Positions 51,153 to 59,010 of a stretch of 64,000 nucleotides of DNA are shown here, piece after piece (position 1 is the first letter of the stretch; every line of letters starts with the position of its first letter). The position numbers and the translations under genes were made by a program. This stretch comes from a virus. The notes below the pieces were generated by a model, which searched no databases, was not told the origin of the DNA, and was given only the letters and a program-made list of their open reading frames with translations. Location: IMG/VR virus record IMGVR_UViG_3300025849_002481, positions 1-64,000 of that record, one strand, 5' to 3'.

Positions 51153-51913
51153 CAGGACCATGTCAACACGAGTCATACAGCCAAAGTTTAGAAATTGCTA
51201 AAGAGTGCAAACGTGTATGTGACAAGTATGATATTGAATACGTATTTAAAGCAAGTTACGATAAAGCCAACCGTTCAAGTATGCAAGGCAAACGTGGCCT
51301 GGGCATGGAAGCTACACTCACAGACTTTTTAGCATTAAAAGTAGAACTAGGCGTAAAGACACTAACTGATGTACACGACTATGTACAGATTGCACGTATC
51401 GAAAGAGAGTTTAAGGATGCAGTTGACGTCTATCAGATTCCTGCATTTTTATGTAGACAGACTGACTTGATCCAAGCAGCTTGTGCTACAGACAAAATAG
51501 TAAATATAAAGAAGGGACAGTTTATGGCACCTTGGGATATGAAAGGTGTGCTAAGTAAATGTGAAGGCGCTAAAGACGTCTGGATAACTGAAAGGGGAAC
51601 AAGTTTTGGCTACAACACTCTTGTCGTTGACTATACTGGTCTTATGTATATGCTCGACAATTATGAACATGATATTGTTTTTGATTGTACACACTCTGCC
51701 CAAAAACCCGGCGGACAAGGTACTAGTTCAGGTGGTAATAGGGATTACGTGCCTGGGTTGGCTCGTAGTGGGTCTGCTCTTGGGATCCGGAACTTTTTCT
51801 TGGAAGTCCATCCTGACCCTGATGTAGCACCAAGTGATGGTCCTAACATGCTTAAACTAGAAGACTTTGAAAGGACTGTAGATGACATCCACCGCTATTC
51901 TTATACCAGCTAG
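51140..51913 (+). CDS. kdsA: Kdo-8-phosphate synthase
   Basis: IAGPC, KASYDKANRSS, QIPAFLCRQTDL, NIKKGQF, ERG.SFGY, D.THS.Q.PG, EVHP.P..A.SDG. Confidence 0.95.
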   Translation: MRIIAGPCQHESYSQSLEIAKECKRVCDKYDIEYVFKASYDKANRSSMQGKRGLGMEATLTDFLALKVELGVKTLTDVHDYVQIARIEREFKDAVDVYQIPAFLCRQTDLIQAACATDKIVNIKKGQFMAPWDMKGVLSKCEGAKDVWITERGTSFGYNTLVVDYTGLMYMLDNYEHDIVFDCTHSAQKPGGQGTSSGGNRDYVPGLARSGSALGIRNFFLEVHPDPDVAPSDGPNMLKLEDFERTVDDIHRYSYTS

Positions 51914-52586
51914 ATATAACAGCACACGCTTCCCTGGAAAGCCGTTGGCTATGTTGGACAACGTTCCTATGATAAAACGTGTGTATGACGCTTGTATTGC
52001 GTTTAAACTACCAACATACGTGCTTACTGATGACATGCGTATCTTTAATTTGTTTGGTCCTAGAGCATGTTGGATTGATCAAGAGCAAGAATACAACAAC
52101 GGTACAGAACGATGTGCAGGCGCTGTTGCTAATGATATGTTTACAAAGTATTGCGGCCATTATGATCAGTTCATTAATGTACAAGGTGATATGCCCGATG
52201 TAACAATGGAGATGATCGAGAAATGTATTGAACAGTTATCATACAATTCATCAGTAAGTACAGTATACACAGATATGCCCAAAGAGATGCAAGACGATCC
52301 AAACTCTGTTAAAATGATAAGTGCATACCCAAGTAAAGCATTATGGTTTGGCAGAGGACTTACTGGCTATGGTGAATGGCACTTAGGTGTGTATGGATAC
52401 AAGCGTCACGCACTATTAGCCTACCCTAGTTTAAAAGTTACCCAAGAAGAAACTATTGAGCAACTCGAACAACTACGCTGGTTAAAAAGTGGTTGGCAAA
52501 TAGGATGTAGTAGTGTATACTATAATGGAGTAGAGATAAATTCACCCGAGGACGTAGATACATGGCACAACAAAAACTTCCAATAA
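51882..52586 (+). CDS. kdsB: CMP-Kdo synthetase
   Basis: IPARY.STRFPGKPL, GTERC, INVQGD.P, DPNSVK, HLGVYGY, EQLEQLRWL. Confidence 0.92.
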   Translation: MTSTAILIPARYNSTRFPGKPLAMLDNVPMIKRVYDACIAFKLPTYVLTDDMRIFNLFGPRACWIDQEQEYNNGTERCAGAVANDMFTKYCGHYDQFINVQGDMPDVTMEMIEKCIEQLSYNSSVSTVYTDMPKEMQDDPNSVKMISAYPSKALWFGRGLTGYGEWHLGVYGYKRHALLAYPSLKVTQEETIEQLEQLRWLKSGWQIGCSSVYYNGVEINSPEDVDTWHNKNFQ

Positions 52587-53014
52587 AAGACATACTTGCG
52601 GCTATTGATATGGGAGCAAGTAATGTATGGGACGAACTTAGTGACGAAGAACGTAAACAAGTTAGCTTTTGGTTACTTAATAGATATATCTCTAGTGTTA
52701 AAGGCAGTCGCGATAAACAAGAGCTTGCTATTTTTAAAACAAACGAATACTATAATAAAAACTGGAATGTATTAGCAACAAGACACCCTAAGCTACAATG
52801 GCAATTATTGTGCCAAGCAGGTAATACAGGAAAGATTGAATATCATCAATGGATTGGTTTAAAAAAGAAAACAGGTAACACTAAAGTATTATCCTTACTT
52901 GAAAAAATATATCCTAACATGAAACAAGATGAGGTTGAATTACTTGCTGAACTATCTACAAAAAAAGAACTCAAACAATTGGCTGAGGAACATAACATTG
53001 AAGTCAAGCTCTGA
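52562..53014 (+). CDS. Clamp loader small subunit (gp62-like)
   Basis: FWLLNRYISS, NEYYN, HPKLQW.LL, HQWI. Confidence 0.6.
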   Translation: MAQQKLPIKDILAAIDMGASNVWDELSDEERKQVSFWLLNRYISSVKGSRDKQELAIFKTNEYYNKNWNVLATRHPKLQWQLLCQAGNTGKIEYHQWIGLKKKTGNTKVLSLLEKIYPNMKQDEVELLAELSTKKELKQLAEEHNIEVKL

Positions 53015-53693
53015 TAAACCATATAAGTGTGAATACTGTGGAAGCGGTTATGTAAGAGAGAAAACTCTCTTTGCTCACATGTGTGAAAAGAAACGTAGAG
53101 CGTTACAAAAAGACGAGAAGCGTGTACGCTATGGGTTTTATGCATTTGGTCGTTTTTATAAATTAAGTGCAGGCAATAAGAAAGAGAAAACGTATGAGGA
53201 TTTTTGTTCTAGTCCCTATTATAATGCTTTTGTTAAGTTTGGGAGTTTTGTTAATAACGTCCAACCTTTATATCCTGAACGATATATTGATTACGTTGTT
53301 ACAAGTGGTGTCAAACTAGATCACTGGGCACGAGATGAAATGTATGAAAAATATGTGCTACAATTTATATTAAAAGAAGATGTAACAACAGCATTAGAAC
53401 GTAGTGTAAAAACTATGTTAGACTGGGCAAGTGAAAATGAGCCAGCACCGTGGAATCATTACTTTGACCATATTAGTTTAAACAGAGCTGTATGGAATAT
53501 TAAAGACGGTAAAATATCACCTTGGCTCTTATTAAACTGTACCAGTGGCAAAACTATGCTAAGTAAGTTTAATGATGAACAACTTGAAATGGTGTATCAT
53601 GTAATCAATCCACAACATTGGGCAATGAGATTTAAAAGGTTACCTAATGATGTACAACTTGTAAAAGATGTTGCGAGAGAAAGTAATTTATGA
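52998..53693 (+). CDS. Hypothetical protein with an N-terminal C2HC zinc finger
   Basis: KPYKCEYCG..Y.....L..HMC; TTG start after SD GAGGA. Confidence 0.6.
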   Translation: MKSSSDKPYKCEYCGSGYVREKTLFAHMCEKKRRALQKDEKRVRYGFYAFGRFYKLSAGNKKEKTYEDFCSSPYYNAFVKFGSFVNNVQPLYPERYIDYVVTSGVKLDHWARDEMYEKYVLQFILKEDVTTALERSVKTMLDWASENEPAPWNHYFDHISLNRAVWNIKDGKISPWLLLNCTSGKTMLSKFNDEQLEMVYHVINPQHWAMRFKRLPNDVQLVKDVARESNL

Positions 53694-54115
53694 AAATATT
53701 AATATTTGGTTTACCAGGTAGTGGTAAGAGTACATTAGCAGAACCATTTGCTAAATTAATTGATGGCATATGGATTAACGCAGATGCAGTGCGTAAAAAA
53801 TATGATGATTGGGACTTTACTCCTGAAGGTCGTATGCGACAAGCCAATAGAATGAAACACCTAAGTGATGGTGTAGTTATGGCTGGCAAACATGCTGTTG
53901 CTGACTTTGTGTGCCCCACCGAAGAAGCACGTAAAGCATTTAATCCAGACTTTACTGTGTGGATGGATACTATTTCTCGAGGTCGCTTTGAAGATACAAA
54001 TGATATGTTTGAAACACCTCCTAAGTGTGACTATCATGTAGCGACATGGTTTGACGATACTCATGCGCAGTTGTTACAAGTGGTACAACGCTGGATGGAA
54101 CGAAATGGTAACTAA
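53690..54115 (+). CDS. cysC: Adenylylsulfate (APS) kinase-like protein
   Basis: GLPGSGKSTLA, NADAVR, DFTPEGR..Q..R, ADFVCP...R, FE.P. Confidence 0.7.
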   Translation: MKILIFGLPGSGKSTLAEPFAKLIDGIWINADAVRKKYDDWDFTPEGRMRQANRMKHLSDGVVMAGKHAVADFVCPTEEARKAFNPDFTVWMDTISRGRFEDTNDMFETPPKCDYHVATWFDDTHAQLLQVVQRWMERNGN

Positions 54116-54314
54116 GGCTAGACACTTAGCTAAAGCAGTTACATGGCGTGTTATAGCAAGTATTATCACTGCACTTATTGCATGGTATTTTGGATTACCT
54201 CCGAAAGCAGTCGGGGCTGTTTTCGTGGCTGATCTAATTATTAAGTTCGTTTTATACTACGGACACGAAAGAATATGGTACAAGTATATTAAGTTTGGAG
54301 TTAAAGATGTTTGA
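54105..54314 (+). CDS. DUF2061-like small membrane protein
   Basis: RHLAKAVTWR, K..LYY.HERIW....FG. Confidence 0.8.
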   Translation: MVTKARHLAKAVTWRVIASIITALIAWYFGLPPKAVGAVFVADLIIKFVLYYGHERIWYKYIKFGVKDV

Positions 54315-54711
54315 TCAATTTAAGCCTACAACACAGATGCTAGGTAGATGGCAACCATGGCATCCTGGGCATACAGAATTGTTTAAACGTGCCCTTGCAG
54401 AAACAGGACAAGTTTGTATTCAAATTAGAACTGTACCGCAAGACACAGATGCATCAGGCGGACGCACTATGATACAAGATGATAATCCTTTTGTGGTCAC
54501 AGACGTGCAAGAGAATATTAAAAAAGAACTTGCAAAAGAAGGCTATACATACAACGAAGAATATATTATAATGGTTGTTCCAAATATTGTAGATATTAGT
54601 TATGGTAGGGGTGTAGGATATACATTGACAGAACACGATTTAGGTGCTACAATACATAACATAAGTGCAACAAAAATTAGAAAACAAATGAGAGACGAAG
54701 GAAAACTATAG
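54307..54711 (+). CDS. HxGH nucleotidyltransferase (cytidylyltransferase-like)
   Basis: GRWQPWHPGH, DNPF, ISATKIR; SD GGAG. Confidence 0.75.
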   Translation: MFDQFKPTTQMLGRWQPWHPGHTELFKRALAETGQVCIQIRTVPQDTDASGGRTMIQDDNPFVVTDVQENIKKELAKEGYTYNEEYIIMVVPNIVDISYGRGVGYTLTEHDLGATIHNISATKIRKQMRDEGKL

Positions 54712-55214
54712 TGGAAGTAATACAAAACTTTTTATCTAAAGAAGCACATGACAAGATTAAAACTGTTATGTGCAATTATGATAAATTTGATCATGTAGAA
54801 TTTCCTTGGTACCTATCTCGAAATGTTGCTAGTACTGAGTCAAATAATGATAAAGAATTTTACATGTATCATCCGTTCTATTGGGATCATGCTCCAGCAA
54901 GTCAATGGTTTAACGAATTACTACTTCCGCTAATGCAAGAATTACAACCAAGAAGTTTGATGAGAGTTAAAGGAAACTTATATCCTGGAACAGAAACTAT
55001 ACTAGAACACGAACCCCATGTAGATGATACGTTTAGTCACAGAGGTGCTTTGTATTTTGTAAATACTAATGATGGTTATACAACACTTAATGATGGAACA
55101 AAAGTAAACTCAGTTGAGAATAGTGTATTACTATTTGATCCTAGTGAACCTCATTTTAGTTCAACGTGTACTAATGATAAGTTTCGTATAACAATTAATA
55201 TAAATTATTTTTAA
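54711..55214 (+). CDS. 2OG-Fe(II) oxygenase-like protein
   Basis: FPW, RVKGNL, PHVD, YFVNTNDG.T, H....C....RITININY. Confidence 0.75.
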   Translation: MEVIQNFLSKEAHDKIKTVMCNYDKFDHVEFPWYLSRNVASTESNNDKEFYMYHPFYWDHAPASQWFNELLLPLMQELQPRSLMRVKGNLYPGTETILEHEPHVDDTFSHRGALYFVNTNDGYTTLNDGTKVNSVENSVLLFDPSEPHFSSTCTNDKFRITININYF

Positions 55215-55300
55215 TGATAGTTGCATTTTTATTTTTATGTGTATGTTATGCACTACCATTATTAATGTTATATATGATGAATAACGAAGAGCCAAAATAA
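55214..55300 (+). CDS. 28-aa single-TM peptide (not in ORF track)
   Basis: MIVAFLFLCVCYALPLLMLYMMNNEEPK; TAATG overlaps at both ends. Confidence 0.55.
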   Translation: MIVAFLFLCVCYALPLLMLYMMNNEEPK

Positions 55301-55869
55301 TGCCAGATATTGATATAGATTTTGCAGATAGAGATGTGATATTATCACAACTAAAACATCGTGTGGCAAAACTAAATACAGGAAAGAAACACAATACTGG
55401 TGTGTATACTACAGAAATACCACACAACCCAGTAGATAACTTATCTACAATCGAACACAAGACAGCAGAAGAACGCGGTTACTTTAAACTAGATTTTTTA
55501 AATGTGTCTATATACAAAGATGTAAGAGACGAGGCACATTTACAAGAACTTATGGAAAGGGAACCACTATGGGAACTACTGGAACACGAAGACTTCAGCG
55601 AAAAAGTCTTTCATCTAAACGGGCACAACGATCTATTGAAACGATTGAAGCCCACATCGGTCAAACAATTAGCAGCAACACTAGCAATTATACGGCCAGC
55701 GAAACGACATCTAGCGAACGAGAGTTGGGAAACAATACACAAACAAGTATGGACAAAGCCAACAGACGGAACATACTATTTTAAAAAAGCACATGCGTTT
55801 GCATATGCTTTATCGGTAGTAGTACATATAAATTTATTATGTGAAGAACTTAATTCTTTGGACGCTTAA
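55300..55869 (+). CDS. Miniature DnaE (Pol III alpha)-like palm/fingers protein
   Basis: PDIDIDF, KHNTGV, GYFKLDFL, VFHL, LKP....LA..LAIIRP, FKKAHA.AYA, all in DnaE order within 189 aa. Confidence 0.85.
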   Translation: MPDIDIDFADRDVILSQLKHRVAKLNTGKKHNTGVYTTEIPHNPVDNLSTIEHKTAEERGYFKLDFLNVSIYKDVRDEAHLQELMEREPLWELLEHEDFSEKVFHLNGHNDLLKRLKPTSVKQLAATLAIIRPAKRHLANESWETIHKQVWTKPTDGTYYFKKAHAFAYALSVVVHINLLCEELNSLDA

Positions 55870-56221
55870 CTAACTGTACGTTTTTACGCTTTACTCTTTT
55901 AATTGTTAAATTATTTAAATTAACGCACGGTCCCATTGTAATTTTTACATCTTTGCTATTCATAGTTGTAATACAGTATTGAAAATGTAACATCTCTTTG
56001 CGCATAAAGATATTAATTGGAATCATTCTATTTGACTCCCACCACCATACTTCACCTAAGGATAAAAACGCTTTCTTTTCGTCAATAGTCTTTAAGTCGG
56101 TATAAACATACATTGATGTTATATACTGATCTTGATTTGCAATAATACCAACGTATTCATTACCGCCGTAAGTAACAACACTAATGAATGGGTAATTTTC
56201 TTGAATATCTTTAGTTAACAT
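55850..56221 (-). CDS. Hypothetical protein
   Basis: SD GAGGA; YPF......Y...EYVGII.N, WWWESNR.IPINIF. Confidence 0.65.
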   Translation of the reverse strand: MLTKDIQENYPFISVVTYGGNEYVGIIANQDQYITSMYVYTDLKTIDEKKAFLSLGEVWWWESNRMIPINIFMRKEMLHFQYCITTMNSKDVKITMGPCVNLNNLTIKRVKRKNVQLVKRPKN

Positions 56222-56245
56222 AGTCCTCGCAACGATAAATATAAT

Positions 56246-57034
56246 ATGCAGTTAATACCTAGATATTTAGTCGATAACAGAACAACCCTTATTAGTAATG
56301 AGGCAGGATTTATAACGGAGTATAGAAAAGTGTACACAAGACAACTACAAGTATATAAAGGCATTGATAATGTCTTACAATTTAAACTTTTAAATGCAGA
56401 TCAAAAACCAGTTGATCTTGCAAACTATACTCCCAAGTTTCAAGCATTTGACGAAGCAAAACAAATGATAGTACAGCACGATGGTGTACAAGTTACTAGC
56501 GATGGCTCAACACCAATTAAAGGATTGTTTAAAGTTACAGTTACTTCAAATGATCTATTAAATGTAAAAGAGCAATTTTTAAGTTATAGTATACATTTAA
56601 TTGATGCTAATCAAGAAGCTGTAATTACATATGTAGATCCACACTTTGAAAACAACGGATCTATTAAAGTAAGTGCTGAAGCATTTCCTGGACCAACAGA
56701 TAGTTATAGTGTTTCTACATTTACAATGGTTACTGAAGATACACCGTATTGGATATCAGAAACTGTTACAGCACAACCTGGGATTAATGGCAACGAAGCA
56801 CTACATACAGCTTCAGTCTATACTGATAGCTATGTTGGCAATGTAGTAGTCCAAGCAACATTAGACAATCAAATTATGGGTGACACTATCTGGGCAGATA
56901 TTGATACACTAACATTAACAGGCAACGAAACAGAACCTAGTCCAATTAATTTTAATGGTGTGTTTAGTCACTTACGGTTTAAAGCAACAGCAGATCCTGC
57001 AAATAAAATATCCAAAGTACTAGTAAGAAACTGA
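56246..57034 (+). CDS. Putative virion structural protein
   Basis: VYKGIDN.LQF...N.DQKPVDL, beta-rich; ATG 4 nt after TAAATA. Confidence 0.55.
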   Translation: MQLIPRYLVDNRTTLISNEAGFITEYRKVYTRQLQVYKGIDNVLQFKLLNADQKPVDLANYTPKFQAFDEAKQMIVQHDGVQVTSDGSTPIKGLFKVTVTSNDLLNVKEQFLSYSIHLIDANQEAVITYVDPHFENNGSIKVSAEAFPGPTDSYSVSTFTMVTEDTPYWISETVTAQPGINGNEALHTASVYTDSYVGNVVVQATLDNQIMGDTIWADIDTLTLTGNETEPSPINFNGVFSHLRFKATADPANKISKVLVRN

Positions 57035-57063
57035 TTGACTTTACTTAAAACCTCTGCTATAAT
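57035..57063 (+). promoter_or_regulatory. Sigma70-type promoter for the primase gene
   Basis: TTGACT-17 bp-TATAAT, with the ATG 6 nt downstream. Confidence 0.85.
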
Positions 57064-57069
57064 AATAGT

Positions 57070-58053
57070 ATGAGTGTAGTAAACGATATAGTTCTGACAT
57101 ACTTGCCTTCTAAAAGGAAAATGACTCCTAGCGGTTGGCTTAGTTTCAATGCTCCTTGTTGTCATCATAACGGCACAGGAGCAGACACTCGCGGTAGAGG
57201 AGGCTTAATAAGCAACTCTGATGGAGGCGTAAGTTATCATTGTTTTAATTGCGGCTTCAAAGCAAGCTGGCAACCGGGCAGGAACTTTAGTCACAAGTTA
57301 CGTAAACTTCTCCAATGGATGGGAGCACCTGACGATATAATCAACAAGGTGGCACTTGAGGTTATGAGAGAGAATGAAGGCGTCGAAGCTAAGACACTAA
57401 TAGCACAGTTGCCTACATTTAATACTGTCCCGTTGCCAGACGATGCTATTAAAATAACAGACATAACAGACTTTAACAAATATAGTATGGCTGTACTAGA
57501 ATATATGGCCAATCGTAATTTAAATACAGATGATACAAACTATTATTGGTCACCTAGTTTAGGTTACCGTGATAGATTGATTATACCGTTTTACTATGAA
57601 GGCCGAGTTGTAGGTTGGACCGGGCGTAGTGTACAAGCAGATAAGAAACCTAAGTATCTAACAGAAGTGCAACCTGGATTTGTATATGGATTAGATGAAC
57701 AAAGTTACAACAAGGCATTTGCTATAGTATGTGAAGGTCAGCTAGATGCTATTCACATAGAAGGATGCGCATTGGGCGGATCAGAAATAAACGAACAACA
57801 AGCAATGCTGTTAAATAAGTTACAGAAGCAAATTATTGTTGTTCCTGATAGAGATAGTGCAGGCAAGAAACTTGTTGAACAATCTATTGAATTAGGATTT
57901 AGTGTTAGTATGCCAGACTGGAGTACTGACGTTAATGACATTGGCGATGCTGTACAAAAATATGGAAGACTATATACACTACATAACATTTCAATTTGTG
58001 CAGAAGAATCACCGTTAAAAATTAGACTGAGAGCAAAAAAATGGTTTACATAA
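57070..58053 (+). CDS. DNA primase (gp61-like)
   Basis: APCC / YHCFNCG zinc site, RLIIPF, GR, KPKY, CEGQLDA, VPDRD.AG, ND..D TOPRIM. Confidence 0.9.
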   Translation: MSVVNDIVLTYLPSKRKMTPSGWLSFNAPCCHHNGTGADTRGRGGLISNSDGGVSYHCFNCGFKASWQPGRNFSHKLRKLLQWMGAPDDIINKVALEVMRENEGVEAKTLIAQLPTFNTVPLPDDAIKITDITDFNKYSMAVLEYMANRNLNTDDTNYYWSPSLGYRDRLIIPFYYEGRVVGWTGRSVQADKKPKYLTEVQPGFVYGLDEQSYNKAFAIVCEGQLDAIHIEGCALGGSEINEQQAMLLNKLQKQIIVVPDRDSAGKKLVEQSIELGFSVSMPDWSTDVNDIGDAVQKYGRLYTLHNISICAEESPLKIRLRAKKWFT

Positions 58054-58151
58054 AAAGATTTTGGGAATGGTTAAAAACTCCATACTACAAATACAAACAA
58101 AAGAAACGTTTAGAAGAGTTACGAAAACGAGATCCGTTTATATATAAATGA
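58041..58151 (+). CDS. 36-aa basic peptide ending DPFIYK (not in ORF track)
   Basis: MVYIKRFWEWLKTPYYKYKQKKRLEELRKRDPFIYK; fills the gap between primase and the SGNH gene. Confidence 0.6.
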   Translation: MVYIKRFWEWLKTPYYKYKQKKRLEELRKRDPFIYK

Positions 58152-58158
58152 GGTTAGC

Positions 58159-59010
58159 ATGACAACATTACATACGTTCGGTTGTAGTATTACACAAGGA
58201 CATGCACTTCCAGATGTAGTTAAACCTCCACTCACAGCAGAAGAAGAAGTTGCATTAGGTAGAGAGTCACATTGGGCAGATGAACATATACTTAAACCCA
58301 GTAACTATGCTTGGCCTAAATTACTAGGCGATAAACTTAATTTGCCTGTACAAAATTATGCAAAACGTGGAGCTTGCTTTCAACAAATTGCTCGACAATG
58401 TGCTGTGTCAGCTCAAAACATTAAACCTGATGACATTGTAATAGTAATGTGGACATACTTTAGTAGGCTTACTTTACAGTGGCCAGCTAGAACAGCCGTT
58501 CCGCTTACACATATACCAGCACCAGAAAACAATTTCCTAACACGTATATTGCCAGGCTTTAATAAATTCTTTGGTCTTAGTCAACTAAAAGAACCTGATC
58601 CTTTTGACGAAACTGAAGGGAAGATTTATAACTACATACAGTCGTCTATAAATTATACATTTGATCCGTTGGTTATGTATGATCGATTCCATAACAATTT
58701 AGTTTTACAAACAATGACAGACGGTCACCTTAGATCTACTGGTGCAAAGATTATACATTTAAGTGTAGAATATCAACCATATATAGATCAACTTGAAGGT
58801 GCAAGACAAGCTCTTGATACATCATTACAGTCACCATATGAAATACCAGATCCAAATGATTGGTATTCTTTATCAGTAGATCATGATAGCTGTCGAATAA
58901 TTCATGATCCTAGTATACCGTTAACAGGTGAAAACGGACATCCTAATGTTCAACATCATATTAACTATGCTAACCATATCTATGAAAAACATTTTGGAGG
59001 AGGAGTATGA
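58159..59010 (+). CDS. SGNH/GDSL hydrolase-like protein
   Basis: FGCSITQG, WP..L...L, NYA.RG, VMWT...R, GHPN...H. Confidence 0.7.
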   Translation: MTTLHTFGCSITQGHALPDVVKPPLTAEEEVALGRESHWADEHILKPSNYAWPKLLGDKLNLPVQNYAKRGACFQQIARQCAVSAQNIKPDDIVIVMWTYFSRLTLQWPARTAVPLTHIPAPENNFLTRILPGFNKFFGLSQLKEPDPFDETEGKIYNYIQSSINYTFDPLVMYDRFHNNLVLQTMTDGHLRSTGAKIIHLSVEYQPYIDQLEGARQALDTSLQSPYEIPDPNDWYSLSVDHDSCRIIHDPSIPLTGENGHPNVQHHINYANHIYEKHFGGGV

